From positions 1-47,200 of the forward strand of contig JBEIHC010000004.1 of assembly GCA_040381555.1 (NCBI GenBank): a stretch of 47,200 nucleotides of DNA, read 5' to 3'. The notes under the pieces were generated by a model, which saw only the letters and a program-made list of their open reading frames with translations, did not search any database and was not told where the DNA came from. The DNA comes from Bacteroidia bacterium (lineage in GTDB: Bacteria; Bacteroidota; Bacteroidia; J057; RFSG01). Position numbers and translations under genes: made by a program. Positions 29,008 through 38,318 of the stretch are shown here, piece by piece (the first letter of the stretch is position 1; each line of letters starts with the position of its first letter).

Positions 29008-31092
29008 TTACCAATTCAGTAATTCTTCGATTTTAGCTTTTACCTTATCAGCATTGGGGAGCATGGTTTTCTCGAGTGTAGCATTTAATGGTACTGCCGG
29101 ACTATTAGCTGATCCCATAGTCATGATGGGAGCATCCAAAATTTGAAAACATTCCTGAGCAGCGCGTCCTGCCAATGATTCTGCATAGGAATTTTCTAAC
29201 GCTTCCTCGGTAAGAAACAAAGCTTTTCCATGGCGACGAATACTCGAAATTATCGCTTCCCAATCGACGGGTTGCAAAGTGCGCAAATCCAAAATCTCTA
29301 CCTGGTCTTTCATTTCTTTTGAGGCATTTCTTGCCCAATGAACTCCCATTCCATAAGTAATGACCACGCAGGATTCACCGTTTTCAATTGCTTGTTGGGA
29401 AGCCTCCTGATATTGACGGGCTTTCCCAAGAGGAATAATATAATCCTCATCAGGCTCAATGGTGCGTGCTTCCTGGCTGCCGGGCACTTTAGACCAGTAC
29501 AACCCTTTGTGCTCAAAAAACACGACCGGATTAGGGTCATAGAAAGCGGCTTTAAAGAGACCTTTCATATCCGCAGCATTGGAAGGATAGACGACTTTTA
29601 TTCCCTTAATTGTTAGTACCGTAGACTCCACACTCGAGGAATGATAGGGCCCTCCACTTCCATAAGCTCCAATGGGCACACGAATTAATGTCTGAACAGG
29701 CCATTTCCCATTGGTCAAATAGCAGGATCGGCTGACTTCGGTAAAAAGCTGATTTAATCCAGGCCAAATATAATCAGCAAACTGTACTTCGACAATGGGC
29801 TTGCATCCGACTGCTGACATTCCAACCGTACTCCCGATAATATAAGCTTCCTGAATGGGGGTATTAAAAACTCTTTTATCTCCATATTTTTTTGCCAGCA
29901 GCGCAGCTTCTCTGAATACACCTCCCAATCCCCCCCCTACATCCTGACCATAAAGCAGGCTTTCGGGATGTTTGCGCATGATTTCATCCACCGCATGTAA
30001 AGCTGCATCTACCATCACCACTTCTTTTCCATTTTCAGGTTTGCGCATACCCTTTTCTTCGGTAATGGGAGTAGGGGCAAAAATATGCGTCATTAAATCT
30101 TCAGGGGAAGGATCTTCTGCTTCTTTTGCACGCTCAAAATCTTCCCGAGCAAGTTGCCTGGCTGTCTGAGCTATTTCATCCAACTTTTCGGAATCAACGC
30201 CAATTCGAATCAATTCATTTCGAAGAAAAGGAATTGGATCCTGGGACATAGCGAGTTCCAAATCCTCCTTCGGGCGATACCATTCTCTTCTCACCCCAGA
30301 GGTATGATGCCCAATTAATGGGACATCTGCCTGAACCAGAAAAGGCCGGCGTTCGGTTCGAATGGTTTCAATTACTTTAGACAAAGTCACATAGGACTCA
30401 ATAAAATCAGCCCCATTTATTCGGACAGTTTCTAAGCCTTTAAACCCCTTAGCAAATTCAATAGCGTTCATATTACGCATTTCGGCTCCGGTTGCCGAGA
30501 TACCCCAATTATTATCTTGCACTAAATACAAGATAGGATACTGGTGCAATACAGCCATTTGAAAGGCTTCTGAAACTTCCCCTTCCGTAATGGCACCATC
30601 TCCCAGAGAACAAACCGCTATAGGGGCGTGTTCAAGAGTGGAGTCTGATAATCCTTGAGTTTCCAGATATTTTATACCTTGAGCAATACCCGTTGTGGGA
30701 ATAACCTGCATTCCAGTGGCAGAGGATTGATGGGGAATCTTGGGCATATCAGGCCTTCTCAAACTGGGATGTCCGTAATAAGTTCGCCCTCCAGAAAATG
30801 GGTCATCCTTTTTTGCCAATTGCTGCAGCATAAGATCATAGGGCTTCAAGCCGATTCCTAATAGAATGGACTCATCCCGATAGTATGGGGCAACAAAATC
30901 CTGAGGTAACAATTGAAAAGCCAAAGCCAACTGAATAGCCTCATGACCTCGGGAAGTAGAATGGACATACTTGCAGAGTTCACGATTTTCTTCATAAATG
31001 AGGGCCATTTCCTCGGCCGTACTCATGAGTTCGTATGCTTTTATCAGGAGATCCAGTTCAATTTTTACTCGGGTGGTCATATTTAAGTTCAT
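29008..31092 (-). CDS. Fused alpha/beta E1 subunit of a 2-oxoacid (probably branched-chain) dehydrogenase
   Basis: TPP motif GDG..EG..DNN, YYRD and GHHTSG; beta part GQDVG, FNTPIQE, EVQFADY and GPYHS. Start moved to ATG 31092 (or 31080) because the extension to 31221 looks non-coding and contains a promoter motif. Confidence 0.88.
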   Translation of the reverse strand: MNLNMTTRVKIELDLLIKAYELMSTAEEMALIYEENRELCKYVHSTSRGHEAIQLALAFQLLPQDFVAPYYRDESILLGIGLKPYDLMLQQLAKKDDPFSGGRTYYGHPSLRRPDMPKIPHQSSATGMQVIPTTGIAQGIKYLETQGLSDSTLEHAPIAVCSLGDGAITEGEVSEAFQMAVLHQYPILYLVQDNNWGISATGAEMRNMNAIEFAKGFKGLETVRINGADFIESYVTLSKVIETIRTERRPFLVQADVPLIGHHTSGVRREWYRPKEDLELAMSQDPIPFLRNELIRIGVDSEKLDEIAQTARQLAREDFERAKEAEDPSPEDLMTHIFAPTPITEEKGMRKPENGKEVVMVDAALHAVDEIMRKHPESLLYGQDVGGGLGGVFREAALLAKKYGDKRVFNTPIQEAYIIGSTVGMSAVGCKPIVEVQFADYIWPGLNQLFTEVSRSCYLTNGKWPVQTLIRVPIGAYGSGGPYHSSSVESTVLTIKGIKVVYPSNAADMKGLFKAAFYDPNPVVFFEHKGLYWSKVPGSQEARTIEPDEDYIIPLGKARQYQEASQQAIENGESCVVITYGMGVHWARNASKEMKDQVEILDLRTLQPVDWEAIISSIRRHGKALFLTEEALENSYAESLAGRAAQECFQILDAPIMTMGSANSPAVPLNATLEKTMLPNADKVKAKIEELLNW

Positions 31093-31122
31093 TTCTCGTG
31101 CAGCGTGCGTAAGGAAGAATGT

Positions 31123-31130
31123 CAAAATTA
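31123..31130 (-). promoter_or_regulatory. -7 promoter element of the E1 gene
   Basis: TAATTTTG on the minus strand, 30 nt before ATG 31092. Confidence 0.55.
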
Positions 31131-31375
31131 GAAAGTATGGCTTACAAAGAGCGCAGAAAACTAAAAATTGCCGAATCTTATGGCGTGCAGCACGCAATAA
31201 AAATATCCAGCCAAGTGGCAATCCGTTCCATTCAGGACTTATTTTCTACCATTTTTCCGAGATATTTGTTTTTTCTCGGTCGGGATTGTACTTTTAAGGT
31301 TACAAATCCATTGGGCCTACATAGGTCTGTGAGATACTTTTCTGATTAAATAAACATTCAATAATAGGCTTCGAT

Positions 31376-34300
31376 ATGAAATTTTTAACAGCTTATTCGC
31401 TTTTTCTCGTTTCTCTACTTGCCTCAATGGGGTGGGTAAATGCTCAAAATAATGCCCAGATGGCATCTTATTCTGAAATTTCCAGAGGAAGAATTGCTCT
31501 ATCACAGGAAGCGAGAGTGCGGAATATCCCCAAAAACACCGGAAATAGTCTATCTGCAAGGACAGGCATTAGTTCCACAAATCCTAAAGGATGGTGGAAT
31601 GCGCCACTACCGGTACAAGCTTTGACTAATTGTACTGCAGATACAGTAGAGTATTTGAGTCTAAAAGCTTGGGTTGCTGAGAATACCCCAACCAATACAT
31701 ATGATAGTGCCTATGCCTTAACTGTTGGTACAGGTTCAGCCGTTTCTATTGGACAATGGTATCCTGCTCCTCAAGCCATGACAGTTAGCGGCTTCCGTTT
31801 CATAGCTTATTTACCACAGTCAGCGGGCAATTTCGTACACTCGGTAACATGCAATATATACAATGCGGGAACGGATTCAATGCCAACGGGAGCACCGCTT
31901 CAGACTATCTTGGTGAATGTAGATACTTCTGTGGTCTGGAGATACGCCAGTTTTATTACCAATGTGAACATTACTCCGGGGAATGGATATGTCATCACCG
32001 TAGAAAACAACTCGCAGCCAACCTCAATTTATTGTGGAGACAATCGCGCTACACCCCTCACAACAGGGTTAAATGAGTGGTTGTCCTGTGCTCAGTTTAC
32101 CGTTTCCACCAATCCTTGGCAGCACGGCTGGCAGTTTAATGTCGGGGGGCAACCTTTTAATGCGGATGCCTTTTTGCAGCCAATAGTTACTTATTCCGTT
32201 ACTGCAAACTTCACATCCTCCGTTACCTGTTTTGGGTCAACCACAGTAAATTTCACTAATACCTCTTCCCCGATTTATTTCAGTCGTTTTTATAACTTTC
32301 ACGCTTTCCTAGTTTGGCTAAACCCTTTATTCCCAGCTCCTCCCCCATTCTCTGATAGCACCTTTGTTTGGAGTTATGGAGATGCCTCGCCGAATGATAC
32401 CTTAGTAAGTCCAACTCATATCTATCCTGGAGCAAATCCATATTCAGGCACAATGACGGGAAGATTATCTCGTTGGAGAGGTACGCAATTCTGCTCTGAT
32501 ACCAAACCAATTGAGATGGGGCCTCAGCCTTCTGCGACCATAACAGCAAACGGTCCTGTAGCCTTCTGTATAGGCAACTCAGTTACGCTTACTACAGGTT
32601 CCGCCAATACTTATCAGTGGTATCGAAATGGCTCGCCTATACCTGGAGCTACTTCTAGTTCTCACAATGCGATATTAGGGGGGGCTTACACTGTCAAACT
32701 CTCGAATAGCAGTGCCTGTACCGACTCTACTTTAGCCGGGGTAACAGTTACCTTACTTCCCGGTGCAACAGCCTCCATTACCTCTGGGGGACCTTTGGCA
32801 TTTTGTAATGGAGGAAGCGTTACCCTAACTGCCTCTGGAGGAACCACTCAACAATGGTATCTGAATGGCAATTTAATTTCCGGTGCAACCAATTCGAACT
32901 ACAATGCAACTTCCCAAGGAAGTTATACAGTTAAGGTGTTCAATAGTTCTGGTTGCCCAGATTCTACTATTGTGCCTACTATAGTAAATGTTCAGTCAGC
33001 AGGTTTATTAAACCCTGGCCCCTCAGCAGTGTGTACCGGTCCAGTAGTATTAAATGGCCTTAATGGTGTTCGTTATCAATGGTTCCAAGATAACAACTTG
33101 TTGCCTGGGGAAACCAATCAACAATATACTGCGATTGTGAATGGTTCATACGGTGTTGAAATAGAATTTGCCTCGGGATGTATCGATACTATGAATCCCC
33201 CATTTGTTTTGGCAATTGGAGCAATGAATGCAACTGTTAATGCCAGCGGTCCCTTAACATTCTGCGGGGGAGGCAGTGTGGTACTTTCTCCAGTTACTCA
33301 AGGTGCAGGTACTTACCAATGGTATGATAATAATGTGTTGATTCCGAATGGGACAACAGGCTCCTACACAGCAACATCCTCCGGACTATTCACTGTAGTA
33401 GTGTCTAGTCCAGGGCCTGGATGTACTGATTCCACAGCTGTTGGCATTACCGTAACGGTGAATCCCACCCCTGTTGCTTCAGCCACCACAAGTGGTACAA
33501 CTACTATTTGCCCAGGAGGCAATGTCACCTTTACTGCTAGTGGAGGATTATCCTATCAATGGGTCAAAGACCAGGCGCCCATCCCGGGTGCAATCGGAAC
33601 CACCCTTACCGTAAATGGTACAGACCCGGGTCAATACAATGTGATTGTCTCCAATGGCCCTTGTTCAGATACTTTGAGCACTCCCTTTTTAGTAATAGCT
33701 CAACCTTTGGTAGCTTCAACTATTCAGAGCGGCTCATACACAATTTGTTCAAACAACCCATTGCTGATTGAGGCCTTACCTTCTGGTGCTCAGAATTATA
33801 GATGGTATCGTAATGGAACGCAAGTATCTTCCGGGCCCTCTAATGTTTACTCTGCCAATGTGTCTGGTAACTACACAGTTAAAATTTCTAATCCTGGATG
33901 TTCAGATTCCACTACTACATCCATTTTGCTCAATGTAAATCCAGCTCCGAATGCTCCTGTTGTAGCCTCTGGCCCGCTAACACTCTGTTCTGGTGATTCT
34001 ATCGATTTATCCATAACCGGAGGTATTTCTTACCAGTGGTATCGCAATGGAATACAAATCCCTGGAGAAACGACCACCAATCTAACTGTAGCTATCAGTG
34101 GACTTTATTCTGTTAGAGTAATTAATGGAATTGGATGTGCCGATTCCGCTGCTTCCGCAAATGTGGTCGTATCCCCCTCTCCCAATGCCTCCCTATCCGT
34201 AACTGGAAATCTCAATTTCTGTGTTGGCGATAATGTATTACTCACTGCTCCCGGAACCATACAATCTGGCTATACTTATGTTTGGTTGAGAAATGGTAAT

Positions 34301-34921
34301 ATCATCAATGGGGCGACAGCTCCCTTCTATTCTGCCAGCAATGCAGGCACCTATAATGTTGTGGTAACCTTGGGTATCTGCACTGATACTTTAATGAACG
34401 GAGCAGTTGTTGCAGTAGATAGCCTTCCTCCATTAGCAGGATTCACCCCAACCTTATTAGGATCAACTGTCAATTACAACAATACCAGTATTCGGGCAAA
34501 TGCCTATCTATGGAAAATGGGAGACGGCACGGAGTACACTTCTACCAATGTCACTCATTCCTATACCCAAGGGGGCATCTATACTGTTGTTCTCTATGCT
34601 TATAATGCCTGTGGATGGGATAGCTTCCTGATTCAGGTTATGACTCAAGTTGATCCTCTTGCTGATGATTTGCAATCCTTAGAGGTATATCCTAATCCAG
34701 GAAATGGGGTGTTCCACATTCGGGTAAATTCTACTAATAACAGCCCAATGGAGTATAGTCTAACTGATCTGAGCGGTAAGGCGATATTCATTGGTAAAGA
34801 AGAAATGAATATTGGTACTATGGATAAAACAGTAGATTTATCTCGTTTCGCCTCCGGAGTGTATTTGTTAAACATCCGAAAAGGAGAAGCGGTGGTAAAC
34901 CGAAAACTGATTATCCGATAA
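31376..34921 (+). CDS. T9SS type A sorting domain protein with an unknown N-terminal domain, two PKD domains and 8 Ig-like repeats
   Basis: 1181 aa. Signal peptide; PKD motifs WSYGD and WKMGDG; eight C..V.L..YQWY.NG..GA..G.Y.V..C repeats; C-terminal VYPNPG..TDLSGK..SGVYLL..KLIIR. Confidence 0.9.
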   Translation: MKFLTAYSLFLVSLLASMGWVNAQNNAQMASYSEISRGRIALSQEARVRNIPKNTGNSLSARTGISSTNPKGWWNAPLPVQALTNCTADTVEYLSLKAWVAENTPTNTYDSAYALTVGTGSAVSIGQWYPAPQAMTVSGFRFIAYLPQSAGNFVHSVTCNIYNAGTDSMPTGAPLQTILVNVDTSVVWRYASFITNVNITPGNGYVITVENNSQPTSIYCGDNRATPLTTGLNEWLSCAQFTVSTNPWQHGWQFNVGGQPFNADAFLQPIVTYSVTANFTSSVTCFGSTTVNFTNTSSPIYFSRFYNFHAFLVWLNPLFPAPPPFSDSTFVWSYGDASPNDTLVSPTHIYPGANPYSGTMTGRLSRWRGTQFCSDTKPIEMGPQPSATITANGPVAFCIGNSVTLTTGSANTYQWYRNGSPIPGATSSSHNAILGGAYTVKLSNSSACTDSTLAGVTVTLLPGATASITSGGPLAFCNGGSVTLTASGGTTQQWYLNGNLISGATNSNYNATSQGSYTVKVFNSSGCPDSTIVPTIVNVQSAGLLNPGPSAVCTGPVVLNGLNGVRYQWFQDNNLLPGETNQQYTAIVNGSYGVEIEFASGCIDTMNPPFVLAIGAMNATVNASGPLTFCGGGSVVLSPVTQGAGTYQWYDNNVLIPNGTTGSYTATSSGLFTVVVSSPGPGCTDSTAVGITVTVNPTPVASATTSGTTTICPGGNVTFTASGGLSYQWVKDQAPIPGAIGTTLTVNGTDPGQYNVIVSNGPCSDTLSTPFLVIAQPLVASTIQSGSYTICSNNPLLIEALPSGAQNYRWYRNGTQVSSGPSNVYSANVSGNYTVKISNPGCSDSTTTSILLNVNPAPNAPVVASGPLTLCSGDSIDLSITGGISYQWYRNGIQIPGETTTNLTVAISGLYSVRVINGIGCADSAASANVVVSPSPNASLSVTGNLNFCVGDNVLLTAPGTIQSGYTYVWLRNGNIINGATAPFYSASNAGTYNVVVTLGICTDTLMNGAVVAVDSLPPLAGFTPTLLGSTVNYNNTSIRANAYLWKMGDGTEYTSTNVTHSYTQGGIYTVVLYAYNACGWDSFLIQVMTQVDPLADDLQSLEVYPNPGNGVFHIRVNSTNNSPMEYSLTDLSGKAIFIGKEEMNIGTMDKTVDLSRFASGVYLLNIRKGEAVVNRKLIIR

Positions 34922-34934
34922 TGTAGACTTACCT

Positions 34935-34973
34935 AAACAAAAAAGCCTCAGTTTCCTGAGGCTTTTTTGTTTT
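34935..34973 (+). terminator. Intrinsic terminator
   Basis: AAACAAAAAAGCCTCAG-TTTC-CTGAGGCTTTTTTGTTT, 13 nt after the stop codon. Confidence 0.85.
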
Positions 34974-35099
34974 ATCCTGACATCCGTTTTGCCAAACCAA
35001 TTACCCAAATCCCATTAAGCCCGGAATAATTACCATACAATTGAGTTTATTTTTGAATAGCAGATTTTTGCAATAGCTTTGAGGGACATTTATACCATT

Positions 35100-36413
35100 A
35101 TGAAACAATTATTGATACTACTGGCTTTTCTTACTCTGCCTGTTTGTTTAATCTCCCAGACATTCAGTTTGCATGCACCTGATAGTGCCAAAAACATTTC
35201 CCGACCTGGTTCCACTGGATCCTTTACCATTTCCAACCCTTTGAATCATAATGGGACACAATTTGGCAATACACCCATAACAATGTCTTGCATCATGAAT
35301 TGCCGGGCAGATGATTTATATTTCTATGACTTTGGAATGAACATCCCAACGGGGGTAAGCATCACAGGAGTTGAGCTGATTCATTCGCGTGGCGCCTGTA
35401 ATTCTGGGTCATTTATGGTAGATACTCTATTCCTAGCTCATAACAATACTAATATTGGGACCTTCAAGCGTGACACAGCGAGCATGTCTGAGATTGACAC
35501 ATTAGGGTCTTCTACTGATTTATGGGGTACTGTACTTACACCCGCACTACTGAATGATCCAAGTTTTGGAGTAATTATTCGAAGTACAGGAACAGGCATC
35601 TGCACTTATGCTCACTGGAATGTTCAGTTAAGAGTTTACTACAACTGTATTGCAGGGCAGGACACAGGCAGGATTCCGGACAGTGTCAGTATTGTCGCCC
35701 GCCCAGGTTCAACCGGATCTTATTCCATAACCAATCCTTTGATTCATAATGGTTCCCAGTTTACCAATGGTCCTATTACAGTTTCTTGCGCCATCAACTG
35801 TATTGCCAATCACCTATACTTTCAGGATATGAATTTCGCGATTCCGGCAACAGCTCAGATTACCGGGGTAAGGGTTCGCAAGACCAGCGGAGCCTGCAAT
35901 AGTGGTTCATATATGACCGACACACTTCAGTTAGCTTATAATGGATCTGTTATCGGTCAGGTAAAATGGGACTCTTCAGGAGTATTCTATACGGACACTT
36001 TCGGAAATTCGAGTGATGCCTGGGGGGCTGTACTTACCCCTGCTATTGTGAATGACCCGAGTTTTGGGGTATTTGTAACCAGTACCTCTACTGGAATCTG
36101 CACCTATATGCAATCTGACCTTCGGATGGATGTGTATCATTGCACGCCAACAGGTCCTTCGTCTATAGAATCCCGGGAACTGGAATCTTCCTTACATCTA
36201 TGGCCCAATCCAGCACAAGATAAGATCATCTTTGAATGGAATCAAAATTCCACTCAGGCTTATGTCGTAAGTGACTTAACAGGTCGTGTTTTGAGAAATG
36301 GCTTACTACAAGCGGGAGAAAACAGTTTAAATATTAGCGCCCTTCCCACAGGCATTTACCTCTTGCAAATGCCAAATTCCGGAACACCTGCTATTCGATT
36401 TAGAAAAGAGTAA
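35100..36413 (+). CDS. T9SS type A sorting domain protein made of two tandem ~157-aa Cys-containing domains
   Basis: Signal peptide from ATG 35100; internal duplication with a 166-aa period; C-terminal LWPNPA..SDLTGR..LPTGIYLL. Confidence 0.85.
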   Translation: MKQLLILLAFLTLPVCLISQTFSLHAPDSAKNISRPGSTGSFTISNPLNHNGTQFGNTPITMSCIMNCRADDLYFYDFGMNIPTGVSITGVELIHSRGACNSGSFMVDTLFLAHNNTNIGTFKRDTASMSEIDTLGSSTDLWGTVLTPALLNDPSFGVIIRSTGTGICTYAHWNVQLRVYYNCIAGQDTGRIPDSVSIVARPGSTGSYSITNPLIHNGSQFTNGPITVSCAINCIANHLYFQDMNFAIPATAQITGVRVRKTSGACNSGSYMTDTLQLAYNGSVIGQVKWDSSGVFYTDTFGNSSDAWGAVLTPAIVNDPSFGVFVTSTSTGICTYMQSDLRMDVYHCTPTGPSSIESRELESSLHLWPNPAQDKIIFEWNQNSTQAYVVSDLTGRVLRNGLLQAGENSLNISALPTGIYLLQMPNSGTPAIRFRKE

Positions 36414-36416
36414 TAT

Positions 36417-36662
36417 TTAAGAAACGAAATGCCCTATGCTTGGGGAATCATTGGGTTCATATTGAATCCGGTTCTCTACGCAGGGGCATTTTCTTTTTTG
36501 GCGATGAGAGACTTTCTTCCGGTGATATTTATACCGCTTTTTTCTTCCATGATACTTCTTAGTACTACAGTGCATCTGAGGAATAGCAAAACTCAAAATC
36601 AAAACCATCCAAAGTAGGTGCTTAATATATGGTTTGATTCCTGAGTTTTTGAGGGTATCCAT
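36417..36662 (-). CDS. Small basic putative lipoprotein / exported peptide
   Basis: 81 aa. Hydrophobic stretch followed by a Cys (PQMHC), Lys/Arg/His-rich segment and KCPC. TAAATTCG lies 4 nt before the ATG, and the ORF fills an otherwise empty gap. Confidence 0.55.
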   Translation of the reverse strand: MDTLKNSGIKPYIKHLLWMVLILSFAIPQMHCSTKKYHGRKKRYKYHRKKVSHRQKRKCPCVENRIQYEPNDSPSIGHFVS

Positions 36663-36737
36663 ACAGCGAATTTACGCAATTGAGGTCAAAGTAAGGGCAG
36701 GGTAATGAAAAGCCTGTTAGTTTTGTAAGGCATTTAT

Positions 36738-36944
36738 ATGAGTCTGGAAGAATTTTTCACCAAAAAGAAAATCCATTGGGAGCAATTTCGTCAGGAACTT
36801 CCGGAGGAATGGAGCCGCATGCAATACAATTATGAAGAATGCGGCCCAAAATCATTTGACCATTTCATGAAGTTCTATTTCAACGAATGGCGGTTGAGGT
36901 TTCCAATACCCAAGAGTAGTTCCATTTCGGAAAACAAGAAGTAG
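36738..36944 (+). CDS. Small hypothetical protein
   Basis: 68 aa (MSLEEFFTKKKI..F...P..W....PKSF...K), with TAGTTTTG (36718-36725) upstream. Resembles small Bacteroidota hypotheticals from recall. Confidence 0.7.
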   Translation: MSLEEFFTKKKIHWEQFRQELPEEWSRMQYNYEECGPKSFDHFMKFYFNEWRLRFPIPKSSSISENKK

Positions 36945-37073
36945 AATAAGTCAGTAAGGCTGAATTTTGTGTGAATTCAACTTAGCCAGAATTGGGATTG
37001 ACAAAGTTTACCCAAAACCTATCCTATCGAGGTTTAAATTGTAATTTTACATTTTAGCGGAATCGTTACGCGG

Positions 37074-38318
37074 ATGAAAAAAATAGAATATTCAGTCAAT
37101 GTGTTAGCCAATGGATTGCGCGTCATCGTGCATGAGGCAAACCACATCCCCCGGGTCAATGTCAATGTACTATACCGGGTTGGAGCCAAAGATGAAGACC
37201 CAAACCGCACAGGTTTTGCCCATCTCTTTGAGCACCTCATGTTTGGGGGATCCCGTAACATCCCATCTTATGATACGCCCCTTCAAAAAGCGGGTGGAGA
37301 GAACAATGCCTTCACCACAAACGACATCACCAACTACTATGTCAACCTACCGGCACATCAGTTGGAAACAGCTTTCTGGCTGGAATCCGATCGTATGCTA
37401 GAACTGGATTTTTCTCAAAAAAGTCTGGATGTGCAAAAGAGTGTGGTTATTGAAGAATTCAAACAACGCTATTTGAACCAGCCTTATGGTGATGCCCATT
37501 TATTATTGAGGCCCTTACACTACCAGGTGCATCCCTATCGCTGGCCAACAATCGGCAAAGAAATTAGCCATATTGAAGAAGCCAGCTTGGAAGAAGTAGT
37601 TAACTTTTTCTATGGTTTTTATGCTCCGAATAATGCCACACTGGTCGTAACGGGAGATGTCAAAACCTCTGAAGTAATTCGATTAGCAGAAAAATGGTTT
37701 GGGGAAATTCCTACCCGAAGTCTGAAGAAAAAATTATTACCTCAAGAGCCTGCTCAGACTGAAGCGAGAAACCTAACGGTTCATCGAGAAGTACCATTGG
37801 CAGCCATTTATAAAGCCTGGCATATTCCAGAACGCATACATCCGGATTACTACGCACTTGATTTAATCACAGATTTACTCAGTGGTGGAAGGAGTGGAAA
37901 GTTGTTTCAGTACCTAGTAAAAGAAACGGAAATTGCCCAAAGTGCTGCGGCTTTTTCTTGGAATGCTTACGACCCTGGCATGATTTCACTGGACGGAAAA
38001 GTTGCTCCGGGCAAATCTATTGAAGCCTATGAAGAGGGGGTTCGTCGGGTATTGGATAACCTGATGGAGGTAAGCGAAAAAGATTTGCAAAGAATTAAAA
38101 ACAAGGCAGAGGCTACCGCAGAAACTGAATTTACCACCCTGATGAATATCGGACTTTCACTGGCGATTTATGACAGCTTGGGCAATCCAGAAATGATTAA
38201 TCAGGCATTAGATCATTACCTAAATGTTTCTCGGGAAGACATACACCGGGTTGTAGCCCAGTATCTCATTCCTGAAAACTGTTCCACCCTATATTATCTA
38301 CCGAAAGATGGCCATTGA
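37074..38318 (+). CDS. M16 (pitrilysin-like) zinc peptidase, catalytic subunit
   Basis: 414 aa. Inverted zinc motif HLFEH, NAFT, ESDRM, VVIEE, HPY and YAPNNA. Confidence 0.93.
   Translation: MKKIEYSVNVLANGLRVIVHEANHIPRVNVNVLYRVGAKDEDPNRTGFAHLFEHLMFGGSRNIPSYDTPLQKAGGENNAFTTNDITNYYVNLPAHQLETAFWLESDRMLELDFSQKSLDVQKSVVIEEFKQRYLNQPYGDAHLLLRPLHYQVHPYRWPTIGKEISHIEEASLEEVVNFFYGFYAPNNATLVVTGDVKTSEVIRLAEKWFGEIPTRSLKKKLLPQEPAQTEARNLTVHREVPLAAIYKAWHIPERIHPDYYALDLITDLLSGGRSGKLFQYLVKETEIAQSAAAFSWNAYDPGMISLDGKVAPGKSIEAYEEGVRRVLDNLMEVSEKDLQRIKNKAEATAETEFTTLMNIGLSLAIYDSLGNPEMINQALDHYLNVSREDIHRVVAQYLIPENCSTLYYLPKDGH

Noticed and set aside
31093-31375. N-terminal extension of E1 to 31221 and small ORFs 30998..31297, 31119..31349 and 31317..31559
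   Set aside because: The region holds a consensus promoter box at 31123-31130 and is the spacer between divergent genes; the translations have no protein-like motifs.
36429-36617. 62-aa hydrophobic plus-strand ORF after the T9SS gene
   Set aside because: It is the antisense shadow of the Lys/Arg-rich 81-aa ORF, which has a promoter-like box and signal-like structure. It cannot be fully excluded.
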